DNA of 64,000 bases from the NCBI GenBank assembly GCA_010909165.1, contig VJWM01000025.1, positions 186,001-250,000 of the forward strand, in the 5' to 3' direction. Positions 11,712 to 24,558 of this stretch are shown piece by piece. Made by a program: the position numbers and the translations under genes. The first letter of the stretch is position 1, and every line of letters begins with the position of its first letter. The notes beneath the pieces were generated by a model, which ran no database searches, was not told the origin of the DNA, and saw nothing but the letters and a program-made list of their open reading frames with translations. The stretch is from Anthoceros angustus (lineage: Eukaryota; Plantae; Anthocerotophyta).

Positions 11712-14700
11712 CTACTAGAAATGGCAGCCCATGTTATAGTCATTGTTGCAATTTTATGTTACACTTCAAATTGCAACAAGCTATGTAGGCTTGGTATTAA
11801 GTTTGACACTATTCCTTCTCATTTTGTCACCATCTTAACAGAACTCGACTCTCCTCATCACCTCACCCTCCTAAGTACACCTCTCTCTCACAAGCATTGT
11901 TTATGATTTCAAACATATACTATGCAAACTCGCTTATGTTATCCTTTGTTACAATTTCATGTAACACTTTCCATTTGGAACACTCATTAAGTTAGTTGGC
12001 TTGGTGTTAAGTTTGTGATACTCTTCTCCACCTTCTCTCACCATCTTAACAACATGCAAGTGGTCTGTTGACCTTACACCTCACCATTAAGAGCTTAGCA
12101 TTAAGTTTGTTGGCTTGGTGTTAAGTTTGTGATTTTCTTCTCCACCTTCTCTCACCATCTTAACAACCTGCCTTTGGTCTCTCCTTTCACCTCACACTCC
12201 TAGTTAATGCTCGATGACACCCATTTTATAATTTTTCCCTCTTTGTGTTGCAACATGTGTTCCCCTCTCACGCTACTATTTTATTCTTCCCTCTTGCTTT
12301 TCCTACATGACAAGAACAGAACTCTATCTCTCTCTCATGGTTGTCATTCTCTTTCCATTTTGCCTCCTTTGCATAGCTATGCATTTATAATCTACCTTCC
12401 CTCTTCAATGCACCCTTGTGTCCACATCCGGTTTTGTTTTAAGCTCCACATACAATTGAAAACTCTTGTTTTACCGATTATGTATAGTAGGATTCTAGAT
12501 TATTTATATGTCTATCTATATATATGGTTTGAGTGCCCACTTGTTGTGTATATTCCTATATATATATATATATATATATTTATGTATATATATATATGTA
12601 TTTATACTGTATATACTTGTAACCTAAACATAATATTATTTACCTATGTCTAAGTTCTGGGTGCGAGGCTCACTCTGCTCGGAGGCAAGGAGGAGGCGGG
12701 GGAGAGGAGGAGGAGGAGAGGAGGAAGAGGAGGAGGCAAGGAGGAAAAGGGGAGAGGATGAGGTAGGAGGAGGAGGAGGAGGAGGGAGGAGAGGAAGGAG
12801 GAGGAGGGAAAGGAAGGACAGGAGGGGAGATTATAAGGAGGAGGAGGAAGATGGAAAAGAAGAGGAGCAAGAGGAGGGGAGAAGGAGGAAGAGGAGGGGA
12901 GATGGGAAGGAGGAGGAGGGGAGAGGAAAAGGAAGAGGAGGAGGCCATGCCGTGATTTCCTCAAATTTTGATGCGTAATTAGTGTGACATGACGTTGGTG
13001 AAGGGATGGTGGCGGGGCGATCACGTAATACCGCAAGGATCTTGTACTTGCAGAGCATTGCAAGGTCGCCAAGACTTGTTCCAATCGTGATTTCCTCTCA
13101 AATTTCATGCGTAACTAGCTAGTGTGATTTGATGTTAGACAAGGCAGGCAAGGAGGAAAAGGGGAGAGGATCCGAGGTAGAGGAGGAGGAGGAGGAGGAG
13201 GAGGAGGAGGAGGAGAGGAGAGAGGAAGGAGGAGGAGGGAAAGCGAAGGACAGGAGGGGAGATTATAAGGAGGAGGAGGAAGATGGAAAAGAAGAGGAGC
13301 AAGAGGAGGGGAGAGGAAGGAAGAGGAGGGGAGATGGGAAGGAGGAGGAGGGGAGAGGGAAAGGAAGAGGAGGCCTGCTCGTGATTTCTCCAAATTTTCA
13401 CCGATGCGAATTGTGACACGCCACAGGTGAAGGGATGGTATATGATCACGCAGACAAGATCTTGTACTTGCAGAGTACACAAGGTCGTGCCAAGACTTGT
13501 TCCAATACTGTGATTTCTCTCAAATTTTCAGCTAAACTAGCTAGTGTGATTTGATGTTAGACAAGGCGATAGGCAAGGAGGAAAAGGGGAGAGGGATCCG
13601 AGGTAGAGGAGGAGGAGGAGGAGGAGGAGGAGGAGGAGGAGAGGGGAGGCAGAGGAAGGAGGAGGAGGGGGAAAAGGACAGGAGGGGAGATTATAAGGAG
13701 GAGGAGGAAGATGGAAAAGAAGAGGAGCAAGAGGAGGGGAGAGGGGAGGGGAGGAGGAGATGGGAAGGAGGAGGGGAGAGGGAAAGGAAGAGGAGGAGGC
13801 CTGCTCCATGTGATTTCCCCAAATTTTCGTTGATGACCGTGTGACACTGGTGAAGGGATGGATGGCGGGGCGGATCACGGTACGAAAGTGATCTTGTGCT
13901 TGCAGAGCAGGTCGTGCCAAGACTTGTTCCAACACTGATTTCTCTCAAATTTTCAAAGGCGTAACTAGCTAGTGTGATTTGATGTTAGACAAGGCGATAG
14001 GCAAGGAGGAAAAGGGGAGAGGGATCCGAGGTAGAGGAGGAGGAGGAGGAGGAGAGAGGAGGAGAGGAAGGAGGAGGAGGGGGAAAGGAGAGGGGAGGAG
14101 GGGAGGAAGGAAGGAGGGGAGGGGAGGAGGAGGAAGATGGAAAAGAAGAGGAGCAAGAGGAGGGGAGAGGGGAGGAAGAGGAGGGGAGATGGGAAGGAGG
14201 AGGAGGGGAGAGGGAAAGGAAGAGGAGGAGGCCCGTTCCATGCCGTGATTTCAAGTAAAGACCGCTCCATGTGTGATTTCTAGTCTCAAATTTTCATGAT
14301 GCGTAACCAGGTGACATGATTGGTGAAGGGATGGTGGCGGATCACGTGTACCGCGATCTTGTACTGGTAGCATTGCAAGGTCGCCAAGACCGCTCCAATC
14401 GTGATTTCCTCTCAAATTTTCAGTCTTGCGTAACTAGCTAGTGTGATTTGATGTTAGAGAAGGCGATAGTAGCATGGCGGGGTGTCTTGTACATGTACAA
14501 TCGCAAGTAGTTGCAAGGTCGTGCCAAGACCCATTCCATGCCGTTATTTCCTATCTCAAATTTTCAAATGCACTATGATGTGAAGTTAGGGAAGGCGATG
14601 GAAGAATGGGGGTCTCATGTACATGTATAGTCAGCAAGGTGAGGCCAAGACCCATTCCATGCCGTGATTTCCTACCTCAAAATTTTATTTGATGCGAACT

Positions 14701-15662
14701 AGACCGTGATGTGACATTAGAGAAGGCGATGCTAGTAGGTGGTCTTGGGTGAATAGGGAGTGACAAGGCCGATGCTGAGGAGGGACGTGTTTGAGGGCTG
14801 ATCCGGTGCAGAGCACAAAGAAGGCGAGTCACCAAAGTACATATACATGTGTTGAGTGTGACTGGAAAACAACGCAAGGGAGTGGAAGAGGCGGGTGGCG
14901 AGGGAGGATAGGAGTGGAGCAACCAACAGCCATGGTCAAGGCAAGGGCAAAAAGGCGCCAGAATGACATGAGGCGGTTGTCTAGGGGAGAGAGAAGGAGG
15001 AGGACTTGAGCCAAACAACCCGCCAAGATAGCAAACATGGGTCCGTAGCACAAACTCAGAGGCACAAAAGGCACGAGTGCTCAAGGACAAACCGGTAAAC
15101 GATCGTGGACGGTACAAAGTATGTACGTTATCCGTGTGGACGATATGCTTATTTTATACAAAATAGAATATGACCGATATCACGTGAAATTACCGTATAG
15201 TATATGTCACCATGAACAATGTGTATTTTACAAGAATATATATGTATTTATGTACATGTATTTATGTATTTATGTACATGTATTTATGTATGTATTCACA
15301 CGAGTATCGTGGGAACTACTAAGTAAAACTAGGTATTCCATAGGGTAATAGTAGTAAAAGGAGGAAGGTAGATGGGGAGGAGGTTTGGTACCAAGCCTCC
15401 AAAAGTGTTACAAGACTTTTCTTGTAACATTTTATATGTTGCAATCTTGTTGCAATCTTGAGAGAGGACAAAAGCACCTCTCACTTCATCTCAACATAAT
15501 TGCAACACCATTGCAACATGGTTGCAACAAACGCCGGTTTCCAAGCCAAAGTGTAACAAGAGGCCCAAAAAGTTACATGACCCCAAAATTGCAACATAAG
15601 TGTTACATCCAGGGTCCAAATCTTAACATAAAAGTGTAACATGGCCGCCATTTCTAGTAGGG
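11712..15662. mobile_element. CCCTA-TIR element, copy 2 (contains the polypurine array at about 12670-14700)
   Basis: CTACTAGAAATGGCAGCCCATG at 11712 and ATGGCCGCCATTTCTAGTAGGG ending at 15662. Interior is collinear with copy 1. Confidence 0.8.
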
Positions 15663-15749
15663 CCCCCACCGAATAAGGAGATAGGAGGGAGGAATAGGAT
15701 GGTAGGCGGCCGATTAGGGCGTAGTGAGCTGCCACCGCCTTAATAGGGG

Positions 15750-16581
15750 TGTAATAAAGGCGCCGACCTCCGAGGCGTAGTATAAGAGGGTCGATGCTCG
15801 GCAAAGTATCTTCTCTTGGTGTTGATGCTGCCTTGAGACCCTGCGTCTTCTTGCTAACGTGAGTCCCGAGTCATCGAAACTGACATAACCCGAGATCAAT
15901 CAAGGTCGTGACCACCCTAACGTGTTGTGGTGTGTGCGTGGAAGGGTGACTGGGGACCGGGCTCGTCCATAGCCATGCGCCCGAACGGACCGGAACGCAG
16001 TGAGCCGGAGGACTCGGGAGGCGAGTAGAGCCCGGACGGAAGGCCCGGCAGACGAGGAGGTCCTGACTGCGGTAGCCCCGCTTTTCCCTAAGACCGATAA
16101 GTGTAGTGTGAGTGGAGAGAGGAACGACTAGAGGTGCGAGTGTGACGAACGCGGAACGATACGGACGCCAACGGTCCTAAACGCTTTGGCCACACCGGCC
16201 CGATGTGGAACGCTAAGTAGTAGTTAGATGCGAATGATGAATGTGCGTTAAGACCGAACGGACGCAAAGTGAAGTAAGAATCAACCGGGGCGGGCGAATC
16301 TGGAGCCTATCATTCCCTTTGGGAACGGACTTCCTCACAACGACGGAGCGCGCCGCGGCCTTCAAAGTCGCGCCACCACAAGGTGTGTGTGTAAAGCCAT
16401 AACTCTCGAGACCTCGGAAGTGAAAGTGACAACCGCAGCCGCCTGCGGTGGGTGCCGCTGGTTGAATCAACCAACGCGGACAACGCACTAACGCGGTGGT
16501 TGGGATCTCCACTGGGCTATTTACGTAGGGTAAAGATCGGTTGTGGTAGGTCTAGGACCCGAAGTTTAGAACATCTTGACA
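15750..16581 (+). mobile_element. Probable 3' LTR, copy 2
   Basis: GGGG|TGTAATAAAGG start and CTTGACA end. Collinear with 9425-10225. Confidence 0.55.
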
Positions 16582-18199
16582 CAAAACCATTCCTTGGGAT
16601 CGAATCCTAGGACTATAACGACATAGAGGGTAATGTGGCCTCTTTGCGCCTTTGGGACGCAGAAACCCCATTCCACAGCAGCCACATACCAAATTCACAG
16701 TGTTAATGGCTACAAAGACTCTCTGCCAACAATGTGTAGAGTGCCACCCTACCATGGCTATGTTGACCAGTAGTCTGAAGGTATCAACCATGTCATATGA
16801 AACCGACTCTTATGTTTGGTTTTAAGTAGGCAGCCACATACCAAATTCCGACAGGCTATTGGCTACAAAGACTCTCTTATGAGATATTTTGTCCGAGTTT
16901 CTAATGCCTTGCACAATTCTCGGTGACATCTTTTTTGTGAGAGGTGTCCCAAGGGTCCCAAACGGCATCAATGTCCCAAACTTTTCACAACTTCTTAGGT
17001 TCTAAAATTAGCAACATTCACAAAGACAACATTTAGTTTAAAATGGCCACGTGACGAATATATGTGGATCATACCATATACTCTAGATAAATACAATAGA
17101 TAAAACCATAGAATAAAAGAAACACCGCATAAAATATAAAAGTTCTCATGGACATTTTAGAATTCTAGCCATTATTACAAAGGACTTGCGCAATAAGAAG
17201 CCTTGCATGAGAGGCGTGCGGCCCTGGATCTAGTTTAGTAAGTTGTAAGTAGTGGTGGTAAGGCTTAGCTTAGGAACATCATAAATTTTGAAGGGGGGGA
17301 ATATGCTCGATGGGGGTTTTTTGTGAATAACCGCTGAAGAGGGTTGGTGATGGGTCTAAAAGATGTGGGTTCAGCTATTGTGTGGAAACTAAAGCGAAAA
17401 AAAAGGGTCCGGCCCCTGCATCATACGAGTTTTCCGTTGGTATATATATGTAGAAGGGTGATTCCCTACACCGCTTGTTTCGCCAAAACAATACCCACAA
17501 TGCACACCTGTTTGCGGTCTAGCAATCTGTTATCACATTCGCGATTCCAACGCCACTATGGAAGGGTCATGAAATCTCATGACGGTTCAATCCATAAAAC
17601 AAAATTGTGGGAAGAAAATTTCGTTGCTCGTGAGTTTAATGTGTGATCCTTCGCCTATTTTGGTACACATGGCAGGCAGGGAGGGCGCCGGCTGGCGCCT
17701 CCTCCACTCTGTGTGAGGCACATGCAACATGTTTGCTATCCACTTGGGCACCGTTCCGGAGAATGAAGTGGAACCGGTGGTGTACGGCGTGGCATGTTGC
17801 ATGAGGCGCCGGCTGGCGCCTCGCCTCGAGAAGGGCACATTCCACATGGTTGCTATCCGCATTGTCGCCACTTCCTTTGGAATGAGGCAGGCCTGCGGGG
17901 GTCATGTTGCATGCCGTGGTGTTGGAGACAAATACCCTAAACCGGGACTCACGCAACATATTCACACATAGTCCGTCAATATTCAGCCTAAAACAAGTGG
18001 TATGTGCAACCATTGCACTTCTACAATTTGATAAAGTTATGCACGACGGCAGAGGAATAGGGGCCGACGGCACCGAGCCATGTACCGGTTTGGTTGTAAA
18101 GGATGGGCGTCGACACATGAAGTGGGGACCCACATCCATACGACCCCTAATGACAATGGTTGAGGCTAGTCATCCTACACTCAGCTAGTCATCCCGAGT

Positions 18200-21100
18200 T
18201 CACGCCACATCGCTGGCCCAGTCAACAATATTGTCATCGCTATCCTGCCACTTTGATTGGTGGTATATGAATCCTAATTCGCTCAATTTGTCCAGATCGC
18301 CTTTTGTCCCACGCATACAAATGTTTCCGCATTCAAAATAAAATATAATAAGGATGACGATGTATCATTCACATAGACCATGTATGTTTTGGGATAAAAT
18401 ACCTTATTACCTTTTTCCCAGTGCTAATCCATCTTGGTTACCTCTTCCTCGTAGTATATATTCCTCCACATACACCCACGCGTCAGTATGATCTGTCCGA
18501 TACGGTGGATAAGAAAGTGAGGTTGTGGTGCATCCAACTTCACGTCCGTGACTTTCCCAATCCGGAAAGATGCATTGTGTATGTGCATGCATGGCGAGAA
18601 CATTCCTTTTGATTTACGCAATATCGCCATTCAAGCGTGCCATTTCACGCTGCCTTCCAATGTTTTGATATGCTCAGTACATATCTCGTTGGGAAGCTCC
18701 TCACAATGCTTCTTCCAGCAAAGCTTCATCCGTACATGAAGGGGTCTGTCTCTTCCTCCTCAGACGGAGAACCATTTCCAAGGGCGGTCGAACAAGGCCG
18801 ATGTGGTTTTCGACAATACACAATCTCTGCAGTCACCCGAATTCTTCCCACCACTTGTACTCTACGTACATAAGGTCGCATTCAAGTAACCCATCCTTCA
18901 AATGAGCCACACCTTGTGGGTGTGTGCCCCGGTTCCTTTTTATCCGTGCGTAAGGACATCAAAGTATTCGTTATGGCATCTCGGAAGCGAAATTTAAGAA
19001 CTCCAAACTGCCTCCGTTTCCCAAAGATGTTGAATCTTGCTCTGATGACGGCCGCGGTCGAGTTTGTCCTCCGTAATTTTGAGCTGGTCTTTGGTATGAT
19101 GATTATTCAACTTCTTCACCTCTTGCATACTTGACCTCACCCCTGCGTATTGGCCATACATATGTCAAAATCTGGAACCTCCACGGAACCTTCACCTCGG
19201 AGAGGAGTATAGGCCTCCTGAGATGTGTGCCGGTCTGGTGCGTGTCGCTTCTTTGTGTTTAAGGCTTTTGGAAGCAGAAAACATCTGGTCTATTTGGTCA
19301 TGAGTGTGACCAACCAAGGAATCCCACCTTCACTTTTTGAATGTGCCCATATCAACGAGCATGTTCAGATATGCAAATAATAGCTGATTCTTGTTCTCCC
19401 GACATGTATTGTCAAGTTGCAAATACAAAACTTTGGGCAGCACACCATCATAGTTGTGGATGACATCTTGAATGGCCGATAGTCAAATTGGCATCATTCG
19501 GAGGTTGGCGTAGTGCAAAAGCGCTGGCTTTGTGGGTGTAGTTGTGGATCATGCACCGACCACGTGAGCAATCGACATTCCTCGTCTAGGTTTTTGGCCA
19601 CCTCAACATGTGCGGTATCTCATCTTCTTGGTCCATGCCATCGATACATAGTAACATATACTTATGTGGTTCAACATAACTCTTGCTCCGGTGTTTTGTC
19701 ATCTTATTTCGCTTACGCTCGCGGTGGGCGTCCAGTGCTGTTTGATATTTCTCTGCACATAACATATTCACAACATAGTTTTTGAGTCCCTTTACAGTTG
19801 ACAACTTCCAAGATAAAAAACACAGTATGATGTCCAGCAATCAACGTTGCAAGCATCACCTCGGATGTGCCTATGTCATTGACACCCCAACTTCTCCTTC
19901 CTCAACCCCCCACCCCTCGCCCTATGATCGACAACAAAGGATATAATGGCGGAACATATTTGTCGAGCACTTCGCGAGGGGCGAGGCGCCGGCTCGCGGA
20001 CCTCCTTATTCCCGCAAGGTCGAGGTGTGGTGCCTTGGCATGGCGGGGCCCAAGCATGTGATAGGCACATGCATGGGTTACCCGAGCAGGCGCCGGCCGG
20101 CGCCCTCATGACCAGGGAACCATCCACACATAATCCTAAGGACATATGGTGCAGGGCGTATGGTGGGCGCCGGTCGGCCCACCGACATCGAAGCGGGGCA
20201 TATTGACATAGTAGACATAACACGCCATTGAGGGTTTGGCCACTGGTCAACCACCCTCGTATCTTTGGAAAACATGGGATAAGGAAAAGAATGTTACTTA
20301 CCTTGATCAACCTTTGAGATTGTATTTCGTATAGTTGTTTTCAATCCGGTATGGGCGAGCAAGTGGAGAATCTGTTGGACTTTGGAATCTTTACCCTGTT
20401 GAAGTGCCCTTTCCATAGCTTCAAGAACCGGTAGTCACATACCGTCCTCTTTGTTCACAATGCCGCCTATATTCACCCCAAATTTCTAGTTTTGTGTATG
20501 TGTCGGGTAGGTTGAAGACCTCGATATTTGGAAGTCTCTCAGCCATGTTCAGGAAAGCATTGTCCATCCAGGCTATTGCACTTAAGGCATGGTGAGACTG
20601 CTGTTTTGGATTGACCTCATGGCATCCCACGGTGCATTCAGTATGACTCTACTCTTCAACTCTTCATATCTGCTGTGGCCGAGGCAATACACTCTTGAAG
20701 CGCAGCGCCGGAAGGATCCGGAGAAGATGAGTAATAACTTTTGCGTTACCCAGCTCTTGTCGCACAACCTGTATGAGGGATTCCAAAAATGTTTCCTGCT
20801 CCTGCCTCCCCATCCGTAAATAGCGATACCGTTGTTCACGAAACCTTTCTTTTGTCAGTCTGTGGAGACACATCTGATTGCAACATGCCTTTTCGAAATC
20901 AATGTTGATGCTTTCCACTTCACATTTCCTCATTGGGACTCCCGCAGCTCGCCTCTTTTGGCACCGACACTCGTAGTTTCTGCAGACACCAAAGTCTCAC
21001 TCACTGGTTTGGGGTGATAAGATGGCGGTCGCCGATCTTCGGGAGTGCTCTGGAAATCGTCTGCCTCCTCATTCAGTCTATTGCCGCATTCTTCGATCGT

Positions 21101-21650
21101 GCGATGGTGAGTCGGACTCCATGATGAACAATCGCCTCTCGCATTGAGCCCACCCTAGTGGCTTGGTTTCTTGCTGGTGCACTCCTGCGTTGTTTGCATG
21201 GGGATCCTCAGGCGGCATCTGGGTTAAGATTTCTTGGTGTCCGTGGCGGGCACCTCGGAATGGTAGGGAGGCCGATGGCGGCGATGTCGGCCAGGTCCGA
21301 TGTCGGCTGGTATGCCATAGACTTCTCTGATCGATAGATGATTAAATTCACAATCAACCTCCATGAGAATGCAAGTGAGTAAGCACACCTTCGGCCCGTA
21401 GTGCCTCGTGGGGGCGGGATGTCTGTGGACATGCGCTTGGTGGGGCGTTGAGTCCGCTCTTCTCCTCGTCCGTTGCACCTGGAAGTTCTCTTTCATATTG
21501 GGATTGAACCTCACCATCCAGTGTATGCACAATCAAGCAGGGGAATGAGGACATGGCTGCTCGATAACGCATCCAAGATGGCGTTCGATTGCAAAGCACT
21601 CGTGGTGACATCGGCGTCGTCTGCGATGAGTGGCGCGAAGCATTTTGTTG
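18200..21650 (-). mobile_element. Intron-containing DDE/D transposase-like gene (Sola-like / DUF7869-type), frameshifted
   Basis: Minus-strand motifs: Cys-rich ACCNQMCLH (about 20870), LPDTYTKLEIW (about 20490), LLCIDGMDQ (about 19640), VLYLQLDNTCRENKN (about 19410) and VGHTHDQIDQMF (about 19295). Canonical AG|GTAAGT donor at 20301. Confidence 0.7.
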
Positions 21651-22039
21651 GGCGTCTTAGGGTTGGACGGTGGTGGAGGGAATGAAAGAAGGCAAGGTTC
21701 CTTTCAACATTAGATAGGTTGGAACGTATTCACGAGGCCGTTTGATGCATTACACCAACCATATAAAACCATTCTTCATGAAAAGCGTCGTTAAGTTCCT
21801 AATGCTTGCGGTGGAGGCAATGCGGGAAAGTCATTATGTTTGGTGATTAAAATAAACCCAAACGCAATGGGAGAAAGTGGTAGACGTCGTATGTACAAGA
21901 TGGCGGCGTTAATAATGTTCCTACGGGTTCGAACCCATCGGCTAGTAGAGTAAATTAAACCCTAAATGTAAGCGCTTAGCGGTGGAAACTGAGCGTGACG
22001 GCGCTTGAAATAGCAAGGTTTCGAGGGCCAAACAAAACC

Positions 22040-24278
22040 GGAGTGGGCGCAAGTGGTCACTCAAGCGGCGAGCAATTGTGACTTTGTGCAAGAGGGAGCG
22101 GTGCGCGGTGGTCGCCTCGGAGGAGAGACTTGGGCTGAGCGCCACTCTAACCCTAGATTGCAGCGAGCGCGGTCAAATTGGGCGAGCACGAATATCTCGG
22201 CGCTTCTCGTGTTCTCTCCATTTCGTGTTTAATCGCTGTGCACGAATTGACAACGTTGTGGTAGGGACGCTAATTAGCGAGAAGGAAGGGCCCTCAAGTG
22301 GCTTGTATTGAATTGCGGTGATGGCGATGGGAAGAAGAAGCAAGAAGGATCGGGCGAGGCCGGATCCCCGAACTGTCTGACGAAGAAGCGGCAGCAGAGC
22401 GGCGTTGGCGAAGGCGCATGCCGATGATTTGAGGAAGACCTACATCTTGGGAGGACATGCTAGCGGGGCTGCGGTGGGCCGCTTCCAGCGGAGGGCACTC
22501 AGTGGAAGCACAGGCTCGTGGCAAAACAAAATCGAGGAGGCCATGGAGAGAAAGGGGAAAAGGGTGGGAAGAGGGTGGCTCTATTCCATCCCCCTCTGAC
22601 GAGGCAGTTTACATTCGGCCTTGGAGCCGGATGGATGCGGTGAAGATCATGGACAAGGATTGGATGGTTGTTCGGGATCCGAACGAGCGAGAGTATGTTT
22701 TGGATGCCTTTGTACAAGCTGTGGATTATGGGTTACAAGGATGCACTGCCAATCAACTTGTATATATAAGCATATCCACAAGCCATATCCACAAGCTATC
22801 CATGCCCCCATGCCCTATGCTCCATACTACCCATATGCCCTAGTGGCTGCGATGCCGTCATGGCTCCTGCCGCGGGGCTTTAGGGAACGCGGTTAAAATT
22901 CTTCCTGCGACCACGCGACGTGCTAGGGTTTGAACCGTTCTGTTTGCGTAATTTTTCCATCTCCCGTTCTCCCCATAACCTGCAGGCTGCCACCATGCCT
23001 GCATCGACTTGTTGACAAGCATGGACACTGGAACCGGAAGGAACCCGGTTTGGGCGGGTGTCCAGGTGGTGGGACCCACTACTTGGGCGACTGCCCAAAG
23101 TGGAGGGTCCGCATTTACTTTGTAAACAAAACCGGAGTGGAGCGCAACCAGTGGTCACTCAAACGGTGAGCAATTGACAGCTTTGTGCAAGAGGGAGCGG
23201 TGCGCGCGGTGTGGTCGCCTCAGAGGAGAGACTTCGGAACTGCGAAGCGCCCTCACTAACCCCTAGATTGCAGCCCGAACGCGGTCAAATTGGGCGAGGG
23301 GAGCACGAACATCTCAGCGCTTCTCAGGGTTCTCTCCATTTCCAGGTTTGCACTGCTTTGTGCACGAATTGACGCGTTTGTGGTAGAATTGCGGACGCTA
23401 ATTAGCAGAGAAGGAAGGGCCCTCTGAAGTGGCTTGTATTGAATTGCGGTGATGGCGATGGGAAGAAGAAGCAAGAAGGATCGAGGCGACCGAACCCGAT
23501 CCCCGAGCCTGCAAGAAGACGAAGAAAACGCGAGCGGAAAGCAAGATCGATGAGAAGGCGCATGCCGATGATTTGCAGAAGACCTGTCTTGGGAGGACAT
23601 GCTAGCTGCAGGGTGCCTCAGCAGGGCACCAGTCTGGAAGCTGGGTCCAAGGCAAGCACAACAAAATCAGGAGGCCATGGAGAGAAAGGGGAAAAGGGTG
23701 GGAAGAGGGTGGCTCCTATTCCATCCCCCTACAGTTTCGAGGAGACAGTTTACATTCGACGCCTTGGAGCACAGATGGATGCAGTGAAGATCATGGACAA
23801 GGATTGGATGGTTGTTCAGGATCCTGAACCAGAAGACGAGAGTATGTTTTGGATGCCTTTGTACAAGCTGTGGATTATGGGTTACAAGGATGCACTGCCA
23901 ATCAACTTGTATATATAAGCATATCCACAAGCCATATCCACAAGCTATCCATGCCCCCATGCCCTATGCTCCATACTACCCATATGCCCTAGTGGCTGCG
24001 ATGCCGTCATGGCTCCTGCCGCGGGGCTTTAGGGGAACGCGGTTAAAATTCTTCCTGCGACCACGCGACGTGCTAGGGTTTGAACCGTTCTGTTTGCGTA
24101 ATTTTTCCATCTCCCCGTTCTCCCCATAACCTGCAGGCTGCCACCATGCCTGCATCGACTTGCTGACAAGCATGGACACCGGGAACCGGAAGGAACCCGG
24201 TTTGGGCGGGTGTCCAGGTGGTGGGACCCACTACTTTGGGCGACTGCCCAAAGTGGAGGGTCCGCATTTACTTTGTAA
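22040..24278 (+). repeat. Tandem duplication of a ~1.1-kb unit (22040-23124, 23125-24278) with an orphan ORF starting MAMGRRSKKD
   Basis: Collinear copies. ATGGCGATGGGAAGAAGAAGCAAGAAGGATC at 22321 and about 23453. Shared peptide YIR.LGA.MDAVKIMDKDWMVV.DP..YVLDAFVQAVDYGLQGCTANQL. Telo-box-like AACCCTAG upstream. Confidence 0.7.
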
Positions 24279-24558
24279 GGCAAAACAGCCTCTAGCCAAT
24301 ATATCTTCATCAAAGATTCCAGTGCGTCCACTTGACAACGGCTCCGTTCTCACTTCCAATCAACTTCCTTTCTTCATCGTACTTAGGTACGGGAGGAGAT
24401 CCATTCGATTCTGATTGTCTAAATGTTGTGATGTGGTTAACAATCTACTGTACATACATATGTAGGTCCATCTCTCAGTTTGGACCGGCATGGAAAAAAG
24501 ATCACATCCAAGAGAATAAGCAGCATTCCTTCGCGTTGGACACTGGCTGGGCATCATT

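Larger units (their letters stand above)
5120..17830 (+). repeat. Tandem direct duplication of a ~6.35-kb block (about 5120-11487 and 11488-17830)
   Basis: Both copies contain, in the same order, the gypsy flank, CCCTA element, LTR and the downstream AT-rich/GC segment. Differences are mostly small indels and homopolymer changes. Confidence 0.85.

Noticed and set aside
6317-14270. Many Pro/Leu/Ser-rich or Glu/Gly/Arg-rich ORFs
   Set aside because: They are translations of the (GAG)n polypurine minisatellite, open in several frames on both strands with no codon structure.
16930-17000. GAGGTGTCCC.. as a terminus of the transposase element
   Set aside because: No matching inverted copy was found on the other side of the transposase within the window.
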